Shown here: positions 1 to 9,644 of the stretch, piece after piece
Position numbering within the stretch: position 1 is the first letter of the stretch
Layout of the letters: every line of letters starts with the position of its first letter
Assembly (NCBI GenBank): GCA_963743525.1
Contig: CAVUQH010000004.1
Location: forward strand, 224,001 to 288,000
From: an uncultured delta proteobacterium
Lineage (GTDB): Bacteria > Myxococcota_A > Polyangia > Haliangiales > Haliangiaceae
Length of the DNA: 64,000 nt
Direction: 5' to 3'
Translations under genes and position numbers: made by a program
The notes under the pieces: model-generated
The model's database searches: none
Seen by the model: the letters and a program-made list of their open reading frames with translations, nothing else
Told to the model about the DNA's origin: nothing

Positions 1-708
1 ACCGGTGTGGATGCCGGCGGCGACGCGCTGCTGGCGATCGCCCGACTGCTCCACGGCGCGGACAACGTCGAGCTCGCCGGCGTGCTGACCCACGGCGGCC
101 AGTCGTACGCCTGCCGCGGCGTGGCCGAGGTCGCGCGGGTGGCCGAACAAGAGCGCGCGACGGTGGTGCGCGCGGCCGGGCGCCTGCGCGCCGCCGGCCT
201 GCCCTGCCCGGTCGTGAGCGCCGGGTCGACGCCGACCGCGGTGCAGGCGCCCCGCTTCGACGGGCTCACCGAGCTGCGCCCGGGCGTGTACATGTTCGGC
301 GACCTGGCCCAGTACGGGCGCGGGTCGTGCCGGGTCGAAGACATCGCGGTGTCGGTGCTGGCGACGGTGATCGGCCACCGCGCGGACAGGAACCGGCTGC
401 TCATCGACGCCGGCGGGCTGGCGCTGAGCAAGGACACCAGCGCCGGCGACGTGGTCCCGGACGCGGGCTACGGCTGGGTGGTCAACGCGACCACCGGCGA
501 ACGGATCGGCGACCTGCGCGTGGCCAATGTCAACCAGGAGCACGGCTTCGTCGACGGCAGCTCCATCCCGTGGGACCGGCTGCCGATCGGCGCCGTCGTT
601 CGCGTGCTGCCCAACCACGCCTGCATGACGGCGGCCGCCCACGACCGGTATCAGGTGGTCGCGGGCGGCGAGGTGGTGGACGTCTGGGATCGCGCGCGGG
701 GCTGGTAA
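1..708 (+). CDS. PLP-dependent alanine-racemase-fold enzyme, D-serine dehydratase / D-threonine aldolase (DSD1) family; 5' end outside the window
   Basis: Motifs GVLTHGGQSY, SAGSTPT, ELRPGVYMFGD, DAGGLALSKD, NQEHG and VLPNHACMT. The frame is open to the window edge. Confidence 0.85.
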   Translation, partial: TGVDAGGDALLAIARLLHGADNVELAGVLTHGGQSYACRGVAEVARVAEQERATVVRAAGRLRAAGLPCPVVSAGSTPTAVQAPRFDGLTELRPGVYMFGDLAQYGRGSCRVEDIAVSVLATVIGHRADRNRLLIDAGGLALSKDTSAGDVVPDAGYGWVVNATTGERIGDLRVANVNQEHGFVDGSSIPWDRLPIGAVVRVLPNHACMTAAAHDRYQVVAGGEVVDVWDRARGW

Positions 709-810
709 TCACCCGTCGCGCCGCCCCGGCGGAGGCGGCGGACACGTGCGGCCGACTAACAGAGCGCCGAGCAGCAGCAGGAATTCAGCGCTCTAGTAGC
801 CCGCTCTGGC

Positions 811-1617
811 CTAGTAACCGGCCTTGTAGTTCTGCCAGATCTCGCCGGGCGACAGGCTGCGGCAGTAGACGGCGACGAGGTAGATCTCGCCGCGCCACGG
901 CCGCTCGCCGTTGAGCTCGTTGGCCACGCCCAGGCGATAGGTCATGTCCCAGTTGGAGAAGCTGCCGGCCAGGGTCTCGGTGCCGGCGAGCTGACCGTCG
1001 ACCCACAGCTGGGCTTCGTCGTCGACGCCGCTGCGAGTGTAGGCCAGGTGAACGATGTTGGCGCCGAACGCAGTGACGTCAGAAACCGTCGTGCCGCCGG
1101 CGTCGTCGGTGTCGGTGGTGCGCGCGCGCACGTCGAGCAGCAGGTTGTCCTGCGCCAGGGTGAAGTTGCGACTGTTGTTGCCGTCGGACAGCGTGACGAT
1201 GCGCGCCGGACCGGACTGGTTGACCGCCGCCGGGCGCACCCACGCCTCTACGGTCATCGCGTTCGACGCCATGCACGAGTTGCCCAGGCGGTCGGCGGCA
1301 CCGACGGTGGCGAGCAGCGTCGGCGCGGTGACGTTGAGCCCGCCGGTAGGCATCCACTGCACCGATGCGGGATCTTCGATCTGCAGATCGAGACCGCCGA
1401 GCAGGCTCTGGTCGTAAACGGTGGAGCCGCTGCCCTCATTGAAGAGATAGATGGCCTGCAGGCCGGCGGTCACGCGCGGGCTGGCCGCGGGACCGGCGTC
1501 CGGTGCGGCTCCGCCGCCGGGTCCACCGCCGCCGCCGCCGGGGGGGATTGCGCCGACGTCGCCGCAGGCGATGGCGAGGGGGACGAGGAGGAGGGCCAGC
1601 AGTGGGGTGCGCTTCAT
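811..1617 (-). CDS. Lipoprotein with LamG-like / concanavalin-A jellyroll domain
   Basis: Lipobox LAIAC and Gly linker, then IYLFNEGSG, MTVEAWVRP, LWVDGQL and GEIYLVAVYCRSLSPGEI. Confidence 0.8.
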   Translation of the reverse strand: MKRTPLLALLLVPLAIACGDVGAIPPGGGGGGPGGGAAPDAGPAASPRVTAGLQAIYLFNEGSGSTVYDQSLLGGLDLQIEDPASVQWMPTGGLNVTAPTLLATVGAADRLGNSCMASNAMTVEAWVRPAAVNQSGPARIVTLSDGNNSRNFTLAQDNLLLDVRARTTDTDDAGGTTVSDVTAFGANIVHLAYTRSGVDDEAQLWVDGQLAGTETLAGSFSNWDMTYRLGVANELNGERPWRGEIYLVAVYCRSLSPGEIWQNYKAGY

Positions 1618-1648
1618 CGGGAGGTGCTCCTTTACGGACGCGAACTAA

Positions 1649-1664
1649 AGCAGCGTTCGTGCCA
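1649..1664 (-). promoter_or_regulatory. Sigma-54 (-24/-12) promoter of the LamG lipoprotein gene
   Basis: Minus strand TGGCACGAACGCTGCT = GG-N10-GC, near consensus, about 30 nt upstream of the ATG. Confidence 0.7.
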
Positions 1665-1820
1665 CGCCCCCAACCCCCTGATCTCGCAACGATTCGGGCC
1701 CGAAATCGGCCGCGAGTCGCGGCAACTGGAGAACCGCTCAGGGGGCGGTCAGCCACAGGCGATACCTTGGCCCCCGGGTCACATGTGCGACCCCCGAGCA
1801 CCTCTCCGGCCGGCTCGGGT

Positions 1821-2762
1821 TTAGGCGCGGGGCTCGCGCCGCCGGACGAGCAAGCCGAGCGCCAGCAGCAGTGGCAGCGCGCCCGCCCCGCCGCCGCCGG
1901 TCGAGCAACCGCCGATGGCGTTGGGGTTGCCCGGACCCGGATCGGTGGGGCCGGGGTCGGTCGGGCCGGGATCGGTGGGGCCGGGATCGGTGGGGCCCGG
2001 ATCGGTCGGGTCGGTCGGGTCGGTCGGGTCCACGCCCATGGCGAAGTCGACCAGCTCGGCGTAGGTGCCGTTCCAGTGGTCGCGATCGACGTTTCCGGTG
2101 ATGCCGGGAATCGATCCGGTCGAGCTGTACTGCCAGAAGTCCCAACGCGGCCACGGGTCGGCCATCAGCGGGCAGTCGACGCCGTAGTTGGCCACCCACA
2201 GCGGATGGTCGAGGAAGTCTGACGGCGCGCCGACGCTGTCCTGCCAGAAGTACTTGGCGGTGTAGATGATCGGCTTGCGTCCGATCGCGGCCTCGACGAC
2301 GTCGCTCCACTCGTGGATCTTCTGCTGGATCGAGGCCGCGCTCTCGCCGTCGGCCTCTTCGACGTCGAGGACCGGTGGCATGTCGTCGGGCTGCAGCTCG
2401 CCCATCAGCGACAGCAGCAGCTGGGCCTGCGCGGTGGCGTCCTCGTTGGGCTGGAAGTACTGGTAGGCACCGCGGAGGATGCCCACCCGCCGGGCCTCGG
2501 CCCAGTTGGCGTCGAACTGCTCGTCGACGTCGGCCAGCCCGTGATTGACGCGAATGAAGGCGTAGCGGATGCCGGCGTCGGCCACCGGATCCCAGTCGAT
2601 GTGCCCCTGCCATTTGGAGACGTCGATTCCCTCCACGACGTCGGCGTCGGCGCAGACCCGCACCTCGGCGGTCAGCGAGCCGACCTGGTCGCCGCCCGAC
2701 GGATCGCCGGAGGCGACGCAGGCAGGCAGGAGCAGGGCGAACGCGAGCAAAGTCCGGCGCAT
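1821..2762 (-). CDS. GH25 lysozyme/muramidase with Pro/Thr/Asp linker and C-terminal MYXO-CTERM sorting signal
   Basis: GIDVSKWQG, GAYQYF, PPVLDVE, LWVANY, FWQYSSTG and VDRD motifs. The C-terminus is GGCSTGGGGAGALPLLLALGLLVRRR. Confidence 0.92.
   Translation of the reverse strand: MRRTLLAFALLLPACVASGDPSGGDQVGSLTAEVRVCADADVVEGIDVSKWQGHIDWDPVADAGIRYAFIRVNHGLADVDEQFDANWAEARRVGILRGAYQYFQPNEDATAQAQLLLSLMGELQPDDMPPVLDVEEADGESAASIQQKIHEWSDVVEAAIGRKPIIYTAKYFWQDSVGAPSDFLDHPLWVANYGVDCPLMADPWPRWDFWQYSSTGSIPGITGNVDRDHWNGTYAELVDFAMGVDPTDPTDPTDPGPTDPGPTDPGPTDPGPTDPGPGNPNAIGGCSTGGGGAGALPLLLALGLLVRRREPRA
1930..2030 (-). repeat. Intragenic tandem repeat (9- and 15-bp units) encoding a (TDP)n/(TDPGP)n linker
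   Basis: Translation DPTDPTDPTDPGPTDPGPTDPGPTDPGPTDPGPG. Confidence 0.85.
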
Positions 2763-2775
2763 TGCGCGCCTCTAG

Positions 2776-2791
2776 TGCAGGCGCCGGGCCA
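2776..2791 (-). promoter_or_regulatory. Sigma-54 promoter of the GH25 lysozyme gene
   Basis: Minus strand TGGCCCGGCGCCTGCA = GG-N10-GC, just upstream of the ATG. Confidence 0.5.
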
Positions 2792-2860
2792 GTGGCCGGA
2801 CCACACGATTCCGCGCGGTTGCCGGCGCAAACGAACCGAAGTGCCCTCTCCTGGTTGCAC

Positions 2861-3667
2861 TCAGCTGACGGCGGCGGGGCCTGGTGAAACCGCAGGTCCG
2901 CGGTGCGCCTCGACCCGACGCTTGAGCCCGTCGAGCATCTTGCGGTCCATCTCGCTGCCGATCGGCTCGACGATCGCCGGACCGAACTGCAGCCGGGTGG
3001 CCAGGTCGCGCGACGAGGCGGCGCGGTAGCGGCTGATGAAGCGGCTGCGACCGCCGGGCAACGGCTCGACCAGGAACAGCCAGCTGGCCTCGATCCACGG
3101 CTTGCCGGTGGCGACCGCCTGTTCGTCGCGCTCGACCACGGCGACGAACCATCGCCCCGGAGCGACCGAGGTCACGTGCAGCGGCGGCACGTCGGGGTGC
3201 AGCTCGAGACCGTCGCCGGCGCGCACCTCCCAGTCGGCGTGCACGTCGTCAGCGTTGTGCACGTCGCAGCCGATCAGATTTTCCAGCCACTGGTAGCTGT
3301 AGAAGCCGGCGCGGTCGCCGCCGATCTGCGCCACCCACGGCCACACCTCGTCCGGCGGAGCATCGATCTCGATGGCGTGGGTCCAGCTCCAGTGTGGATT
3401 GGGTACCCGGTCGTCACCCGGGTACCACAACCGCGCCGCGCGCGGGTCGAGGCCGCGGTGGCTGCGCATGCTGCGCAGGAACGGCGTGGACAGGTTCCAC
3501 GCCATGCGCGCGGCGCCGCGCAGACCGTCGGCGACGTCAGCCCAGGAATCACCGGTCCGCGGACGGGATGCGGGCCCGGGTGCGAGGACGGCAAACAGTC
3601 GCCGACGGAACCGGCGCGGTGCAGAGCGAATGCGGCGAAGACGATGGTGAGCTGTGCTGGCGGTCAT
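2861..3667 (-). CDS. SRPBCC/START-like domain protein
   Basis: THAIEIDAPPDEVWPWVAQIGGDRAGFYSYQWLENL, SWLFLVEP and MDRKMLDGLKRRVE. Confidence 0.75.
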   Translation of the reverse strand: MTASTAHHRLRRIRSAPRRFRRRLFAVLAPGPASRPRTGDSWADVADGLRGAARMAWNLSTPFLRSMRSHRGLDPRAARLWYPGDDRVPNPHWSWTHAIEIDAPPDEVWPWVAQIGGDRAGFYSYQWLENLIGCDVHNADDVHADWEVRAGDGLELHPDVPPLHVTSVAPGRWFVAVVERDEQAVATGKPWIEASWLFLVEPLPGGRSRFISRYRAASSRDLATRLQFGPAIVEPIGSEMDRKMLDGLKRRVEAHRGPAVSPGPAAVS

Positions 3668-3681
3668 GGCGTCTACAGTGC

Positions 3682-3697
3682 TGCATACGCCGTGCCC
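3682..3697 (-). promoter_or_regulatory. Candidate sigma-54 promoter of the SRPBCC gene
   Basis: Minus strand GGGCACGGCGTATGCA = GG-N10-GC. Confidence 0.45.
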
Positions 3698-3786
3698 TGG
3701 CCGTACGGCGACCGCCCGCCCACATGCGACCGGCGACCGCGCAGCTCGTTCGCCGCCGGCGCCGACCGCGAACGGTTTTGCGCGCG

Positions 3787-4386
3787 CTAGCCCGCGGCCA
3801 CGCGGCGCGACGGCAGCGCCGCCGCCGAGGTGCGCTCGTCGTAGTGCTGCCAGCAGACCGGCACATACTGATCGTCGGCGCCCAGCTGGACCTGCGGCCC
3901 GTCGACCACCGCCTCGCCGCCCTGCAGGCGCAGGTTGAAGGTCGCCTTCTTCTGGCAGAACTGGCAGGTGACCTTGACCTCTTCGATGCTGTCGGCCAGC
4001 TCGAGCAGCCGCTGCGAGCCGGGGAAAAGTCGGGTCTGGAAGTCGGTGCGCAGGCCGTAGCAGATGACCGGCACGCGGTGCTCGAGCGTCGCCCGCCGCA
4101 ACTGGTCGATCACCTGAGGCGACAGGAACTGCGCCTCGTCGACCAGAACGCAGTCCATGTCGTCGAAGGTTCCGCGGGCAAAGACGTGGTCCTGGTCAAC
4201 CAGCAGGTCGGCCTCCCCCTCCAGCCCGGACCGCGACGCGATGGTGGCGGCGCCAAAGCAATCGTCGAGCTTCGGCTTGAGCAGCAACACCCGTTTGCCC
4301 TGTTTGCGGTAGTTGTGGGCCACCGCCAGCAGGTTGAGGGTCTTGGCGCTGTCCATCGTGCCGTAGCGAAAGTAGAGCTTGGCCAT
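3787..4386 (-). CDS. tdk: Thymidine kinase (TK1 type)
   Basis: [17 protein letters not shown]-loop, [22 protein letters not shown] and the Zn-binding CQFC. Start trimmed to ATG 4386. Confidence 0.95.
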   Translation of the reverse strand: MAKLYFRYGTMDSAKTLNLLAVAHNYRKQGKRVLLLKPKLDDCFGAATIASRSGLEGEADLLVDQDHVFARGTFDDMDCVLVDEAQFLSPQVIDQLRRATLEHRVPVICYGLRTDFQTRLFPGSQRLLELADSIEEVKVTCQFCQKKATFNLRLQGGEAVVDGPQVQLGADDQYVPVCWQHYDERTSAAALPSRRVAAG

Positions 4387-4438
4387 CTCGGCCCCGACCC
4401 TACCGAGACGGGCTGACAATGCTAGCTTTCCGGGACCC

Positions 4439-5251
4439 ATGGACGCCGTCAGCTCCCTTCTCCGCGGCCGCCGCCTGGTCGCGCTGACCGGGGCCGGAAT
4501 CAGCACCGAATCCGGAATCCCCGACTACCGCGGGCCCGGCACCCGCGCACGGGCGCGAAATCCCATCCAGTACCGCGAGTTCGTCCGCGATCCGGCGGCC
4601 CGACAGCGCTACTGGGCGCGCAGCCTGATCGGCTGGCCGCGCATCGACGGCGCCCGGCCCAACCCCGGCCACGAGGCGCTGGCTCGACTGGAGAGCGACG
4701 GCGCGGTGGCCTGCGTCATCACGCAAAACGTCGATCGGCTGCACCAGCGCGCGGGCTCGCGCAACGTCATCGAGCTCCACGGCGCGCTGGCCGAGGTCAT
4801 CTGCCTCGGCTGCCGCGCCACCGAGTCGCGCGGCGAGCTGCAGGCTCGGCTGTTCGCGCTCAATCCGGGCTTCGCCGAGCGGCCGATCGAGCTGGCCCCC
4901 GACGGCGACGCCGAGCTGCCCGTCGAACGAATCGCCAACTTCCGCGTCGCCGGCTGCCGCGACTGCGGCGGCGACCTCAAGCCCAACGTCGTCTTCTTCG
5001 GCGAGGGCGTGCCGCGGCCGACCGTCAACGCCGCCTACGCCGCCGTCAACGCTGCCGAGGCGCTGCTGGTGGTCGGCTCGTCGCTGGCGGTCTTCTCCGG
5101 CTATCGCTTCGTCCGCCGCGCCGCCGAGCGAGGCATCCCGATCGCCATCGTCAACCTGGGGCCGACCCGCGGCGACGAACACGCCACCGCCCGGCTCGAG
5201 GCCCGCGCCGGGGACGCCCTGCCCGCGCTGGCGCGAGCGCTGGCCGACTAG
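4439..5251 (+). CDS. NAD-dependent protein deacylase, sirtuin family (class II / SIRT4-like)
   Basis: [64 protein letters not shown] and [10 protein letters not shown]. Confidence 0.93.
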   Translation: MDAVSSLLRGRRLVALTGAGISTESGIPDYRGPGTRARARNPIQYREFVRDPAARQRYWARSLIGWPRIDGARPNPGHEALARLESDGAVACVITQNVDRLHQRAGSRNVIELHGALAEVICLGCRATESRGELQARLFALNPGFAERPIELAPDGDAELPVERIANFRVAGCRDCGGDLKPNVVFFGEGVPRPTVNAAYAAVNAAEALLVVGSSLAVFSGYRFVRRAAERGIPIAIVNLGPTRGDEHATARLEARAGDALPALARALAD

Positions 5252-5823
5252 CCCTCGACCACCCGGGCGATGCGGCGGTCCGGGACCAGCCACATTCCGG
5301 CGACCAGCACGTAGATGCCGACCGACACCCACGGCTGCACGAACGCGAGGCCGATCGCCGCCGCGTAGAGCAGCGGCGACAGCTTGCCCTTGAGGTCGCC
5401 GCCCAGCGACGCGGCCAGCTTCGAGTCGCGCCCTTCCTGGCGGACGATGGTCGTCTGCAAGATGTAGTAGGCGATGGCGGCCATGAACAGCACGGCGCCG
5501 TAGACCGCGGTCGGCGCGACCTCGAAGTGGTTCTCGCCGGCCCAGCCGGTGACGAACGGGAGCAGCGACAACCAGAACAAAAGGTGCAGGTTTGCCCACA
5601 TGATCGCCCCGCTGGCCCTGCCCGTGGCCTTGAGCAGGTGATGGTGGTTGTTCCAGTAGATTCCCAGGTAGACGAAGCTGAGCACATACGTCAGAAAGAC
5701 CGGGAGCAGCGGCCGGAGGGCCGACAGGGAGGCCTCGTGGGGCACCCGCAGCTCCAACACCATGATGGTGATGATGATGGCCAGCACCCCGTCGCTGAAC
5801 GCCTCCACGCGGTTGGTCTCCAT
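5248..5823 (-). CDS. TMEM175-family potassium channel-like membrane protein (DUF1211)
   Basis: [21 protein letters not shown] signature and [13 protein letters not shown]. Confidence 0.92.
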   Translation of the reverse strand: METNRVEAFSDGVLAIIITIMVLELRVPHEASLSALRPLLPVFLTYVLSFVYLGIYWNNHHHLLKATGRASGAIMWANLHLLFWLSLLPFVTGWAGENHFEVAPTAVYGAVLFMAAIAYYILQTTIVRQEGRDSKLAASLGGDLKGKLSPLLYAAAIGLAFVQPWVSVGIYVLVAGMWLVPDRRIARVVEG

Positions 5824-5852
5824 GGGGTGATGCTACCGACTCCCGCCAGCGC

Positions 5853-7733
5853 GTGGAAACGGCGCGCGATGCGCTAAGATGGATCGGGGTGAGGGATCAG
5901 GGGGAAACGTTCGGGCGCTACCAGCTGGGCACCTACCTCGGGCGTGGCGGGATGGGCGAGGTCTATCTGGCGCGCGTCGCCGGGCCGTCCGGATTCGAGA
6001 AGCGGGTGGCGATCAAGATCCTGTCGCAGAGCCACGCCCGCGACGTCGAGCGCTCGCGCCGCCTGCTGTGGGAAGCGCTGGTCAGCTGCCGCCTCGACCA
6101 CGCCAACATCGTCTCGGTCCTCGACGCCGGCGAGACCGACGGCCGACCGTTCATGGTGATGGAATACGTACGCGGCTACAGCCTGGCGCAACTGCTCGCC
6201 TTCCTCCGCGACGACGACAAGGCGCTGGCGCTGTCGTCGGCCGTGTTCATCGCCCGCAAGGTCGCCGCGGCGCTCGACTACATCCACACCTTGCCGGCCG
6301 AGGACGGCGGGCCCGGCGGGCTGATCCACGGCGATACCTCACCGTCCAACGTGCTGCTGGCGATCGACGGCCGGGTCAAGCTGGCCGACTTCGGCGTCGC
6401 CAGCGCTGCGGCCAGCGCCCAGCCCGGCGGCGTCGGGGTCGCGGGCAAGCTGACCTATCTGCCGCTGGCGGCGTTCGAAGGCCGGCCGACGCGCCCCGAC
6501 TGGGACATCTACGCGCTGGGCTGCGCCCTGTACGAGATGGTCACCGGCTCGCCGCCGTTCGCCGGCGAGCGTTTCGGTCAGGTGCGGCAGTCGCTGACCC
6601 AGGGCTGCACCCCGGTGCTCGAGCTGCGCCCCGACTGCCCGCCGGAGCTGGCCGCCGTCATCGAACGCGCGATCGCGCGAGACGACAGCTCGCACTTTGC
6701 CAGCGCGCGGCAGCTACTCGCCGCCCTCGACGACGCCTGGCCGCGCACCGTGGACGACGCCGAGCGCCACCGCGCCTACCTCGAGTCGCGATTCGAAGAC
6801 CCGAGCTTCGTCGACCGCTTCGGCCCGCTGCCTGCGCCCGCCGGCATCACCGCCCGCTTTGCCACCGTGCCGCCGAGCGAGCTGGAGATGGTGCCGACCA
6901 CGCCGTCGGCCGTCGGCCCACCGCTGCGCTTTGGTCTGAGCCCGGCGCTCGGGGCCGACCTGGCTCGCACTCACGGCGAAGCAATGGCCAGCTATCTCAG
7001 TGGCCGGCTGAGCCGGACGGTGCTGACCACGGTGTTCGCCGACTACCGCACGCTCGCCGACAGCGTCATCTCCGGTGAGGTCAACGTCGGCTGGATGCCA
7101 CCGCTGGCGATGATCTCGGTGCTGCGCCGGGGCGGCGGCATCCTCGCCAGCAGCCAGCGGCGCGGCGCGAGCAACTACCGGGCGGCGATCGTCGTCCGCG
7201 ACGACTCTCCGTACCAAACCCTGACCGACCTGCGCGGCCGCGACCTGGCCTGGGTCGACCGGCAGTCGGCCAGCGGCTATCGCGTGGCGCTGGCGATGCT
7301 GGCCGACGCCTTCGACGAACGCTCCCCCTCCCTCGGTCGCGAGCACTTTCACGGCTCGCATCGCGCGGTGTGCGAGGCGGTGGCCAACGGCTGGGCCGAC
7401 GCCGGCGCCACCTACGCCTCCCTCGGGCCCGACGGCGCGATCGCGACCGCCGGCTGGCTGGACGTGTTGGGCGAGCGGGCGGGCGAGCTGCGGCTGCTGT
7501 CTCTGTCGCCGCCCATCCCCAGCGACGGCATCGCCCACCGCCCGGGGCTGGACCAGACGCTGCAGAACGAGCTCCGCACCCTGCTGCTGTCGATGGCCGG
7601 CGACGACTGCGGCCGGGCGCTCCTCGCGGATATCTTCAACGCCGACGCCCTGGCCGCGCCCAGTGGCAACGAGGGCATCTTGCCCGACGCCACCCTGGTG
7701 CACAGCCTCGAGCGGATCGACGCCAACGGCTAG
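5853..7733 (+). CDS. Ser/Thr kinase-like domain fused to a C-terminal PhnD/phosphonate-binding-type domain
   Basis: GRGGMGEVY, VAIK, HGDTSPSN and DFG. C-terminal YRAAIVVRDDSPYQTLTDLRG-AWVDRQSASGY, GSHRAV and SPPIPSD. The start may be GTG 5889. Confidence 0.85.
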   Translation: METARDALRWIGVRDQGETFGRYQLGTYLGRGGMGEVYLARVAGPSGFEKRVAIKILSQSHARDVERSRRLLWEALVSCRLDHANIVSVLDAGETDGRPFMVMEYVRGYSLAQLLAFLRDDDKALALSSAVFIARKVAAALDYIHTLPAEDGGPGGLIHGDTSPSNVLLAIDGRVKLADFGVASAAASAQPGGVGVAGKLTYLPLAAFEGRPTRPDWDIYALGCALYEMVTGSPPFAGERFGQVRQSLTQGCTPVLELRPDCPPELAAVIERAIARDDSSHFASARQLLAALDDAWPRTVDDAERHRAYLESRFEDPSFVDRFGPLPAPAGITARFATVPPSELEMVPTTPSAVGPPLRFGLSPALGADLARTHGEAMASYLSGRLSRTVLTTVFADYRTLADSVISGEVNVGWMPPLAMISVLRRGGGILASSQRRGASNYRAAIVVRDDSPYQTLTDLRGRDLAWVDRQSASGYRVALAMLADAFDERSPSLGREHFHGSHRAVCEAVANGWADAGATYASLGPDGAIATAGWLDVLGERAGELRLLSLSPPIPSDGIAHRPGLDQTLQNELRTLLLSMAGDDCGRALLADIFNADALAAPSGNEGILPDATLVHSLERIDANG

Positions 7734-7773
7734 TGCTTTGACAAGCCGTGGGCGCCGATGCTATGCGGCGCCG

Positions 7774-8265
7774 ATGGCGGCTCTTCCCATACTCCGGCGC
7801 ACTGCCTGGGTCGCGCTGGTTCCCCAGGCGCTGATTCTCGGCGCCCTGACCGTCCTGGCCTGGGCGACCCTGCCGTTGCCCGACCCGATGGCCGCGGTGC
7901 TGGTGGCCTTCGCCGCGTGCGCGGTGTGCATGTTGCTGGCGCGCGGGCTGCTCCTGTCGCACCACCGCAACGGCGTGATCGCGCTGCGTCGCGGACAGCT
8001 GGGCCGGGCCGCCGAGGAGTTCCGCGCCAGCTATCGCCGTTTCGACGCCCACCCGTGGCTCGATCGCTACCGCCACATCATCACCTTCAGCGGCTCGGCC
8101 ATCTCGTACCGCGAGATGGCGCTGGTCAACGAGGCGTACGCCCGCGCCCAGGCCGGGCGGGTCGATGACGCTCGGGCGCTGTACCAGCAAACCCTCGACC
8201 AGTACCCGGACTCGGTCATCGCCCGCATGGGGCTGAAGCGGATGGACAGCCCCGACGGCGAATGA
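7774..8265 (+). CDS. Two-TM membrane protein with TPR-like C-terminus
   Basis: Two hydrophobic segments, then YREMALVNEAYARAQAGRVDDARALYQQTLDQYPDS. Confidence 0.65.
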   Translation: MAALPILRRTAWVALVPQALILGALTVLAWATLPLPDPMAAVLVAFAACAVCMLLARGLLLSHHRNGVIALRRGQLGRAAEEFRASYRRFDAHPWLDRYRHIITFSGSAISYREMALVNEAYARAQAGRVDDARALYQQTLDQYPDSVIARMGLKRMDSPDGE

Positions 8266-8266
8266 G

Positions 8267-9061
8267 TCAGCGGCGCGGCGCCAGCTCGGCGCCGTCGCGA
8301 ACCCGCTCGCCGGGATAGATGACCACCTCCTCGCCGGCGGTCAGGCCGCCCGTGACCTGGACGGCCAGGCGACCGCGATGCCCGACCTTCACCGGGCGCA
8401 GGCGCGCGCGGTCGTGGTCGACGACGTAGACCGCCCAGCCGTCGCCGCTGCGGAACACTGCGCTGACCGGGGCGCGAAGCACGTCGTCGTCGTGCCAGAC
8501 CAGGACGCGCGCGGTCACCCGATAGCCGTCGCCCAGCGCCGGTGGCGGATCGTCGAGGCTGACCACGACGTTGACCCGCTGCTCCTCGACGCCCAGGGCC
8601 GACACGCGGGTGAACGCCGACGGCTCGACCAGCCGCACGCGGCCGACCAGCGGCGTCGCCCCGCCCCAGTCGTCGATGGCGACTCGAGCGCCGGGTGCGA
8701 CGGCAACTGCGTCGCTCGACAGGACGTCGACCACGACCTCGAGCGCGGCCGGCGACCAGCGCGATGCCGTTGAGCGGCGGCGGACCGGTCTCGGGAATCG
8801 CGGTAGACCACCCGGCCGTCGGTCGCGACATCGAGTCCACCCAGGATGTTGAGCAGCGTCGACTTTCCGCTGCCCGACGCGCCGAGGAGCGCCATCAACT
8901 CGCCCTCGTACAGGTCGAGATCGACGCCGCGGAGGGCGTGGACGTCGACCTCGCCCATCCGATAGAGCTTCGTCAGACCGCGGGCCGACAGGACCGACCC
9001 GGCAGCAGCCGGCGACGACAGCGGGCTGGGACGAAGGCGCCACCACGCTCTGCGGATCCAT
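8267..9061 (-). pseudogene. Collapsed ABC exporter operon remnant: ATPase N-terminus + short permease-like piece + efflux adaptor (HlyD/MFP) C-terminus, in different frames
   Basis: About 9005-8797 encodes [22 protein letters not shown]...[18 protein letters not shown] (Walker A, no Walker B). About 8752-8267 encodes [13 protein letters not shown]...[19 protein letters not shown]...GLTAGEEVV. Confidence 0.8.
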
Positions 9062-9221
9062 ACATCCGGCGTGCCAGCGTCATCCGTCGGCGCACCGACG
9101 CGGCGCGCTCCCCGCCGCGCAGCGCCTGCGCGAGGCCCCGAGGGCAGCGCAGGGACTGCGTCGCTCAAGCTTCGGACTGAGCGGCCGATTGGTCGGGTGT
9201 ACCGCCACACGAGGAGGCCCC

Positions 9222-9635
9222 ATGCTCGTCCGCACCTACATGAGTACGCGGATCATCACCGTTGAACCCGACGCCAGCATCCTGGATGGCTTGCGCCTGT
9301 TCACGCTCCACCGCGTCCATCATCTCTGCGTCGTCCGCGACGGGCAGCTCTGTGGCGTGGTGAGCGACCGGGACGTCTTGCTCGCCCTGCCCGAGCCGGA
9401 CAGCCAGAGTCGCGGCAGCGTTGCCGGTCGAATGACGGTCGACGGCGTGATGACGCGCGATCCGCTGGTGGCACACCCGGATATGTCCCTGGAGGTTGCC
9501 GCCGAGACCCTCTGGCGATTCTCCATCAACTGCATGCCGGTGCTGGAAGATCGCGAGCTCGTCGGCGTGCTGACCACCCGGGACTGCCTGCGCGCCCTCG
9601 CGGTGGTCATCCCGCGGCTGCGCGTTACCGCCTAG
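9222..9635 (+). CDS. CBS-domain pair protein (AcuB-like)
   Basis: GAGGAGG RBS before ATG 9222; [16 protein letters not shown] and LVGVLTTRD. Confidence 0.85.
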   Translation: MLVRTYMSTRIITVEPDASILDGLRLFTLHRVHHLCVVRDGQLCGVVSDRDVLLALPEPDSQSRGSVAGRMTVDGVMTRDPLVAHPDMSLEVAAETLWRFSINCMPVLEDRELVGVLTTRDCLRALAVVIPRLRVTA

Positions 9636-9644
9636 CGGCGCCGG

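Noticed and set aside
4439..5251. Sir2 as an anti-phage defence NADase (Thoeris/DSR type)
   Set aside because: It has the canonical Zn-finger sirtuin deacylase motifs and length, with no defence partners nearby.
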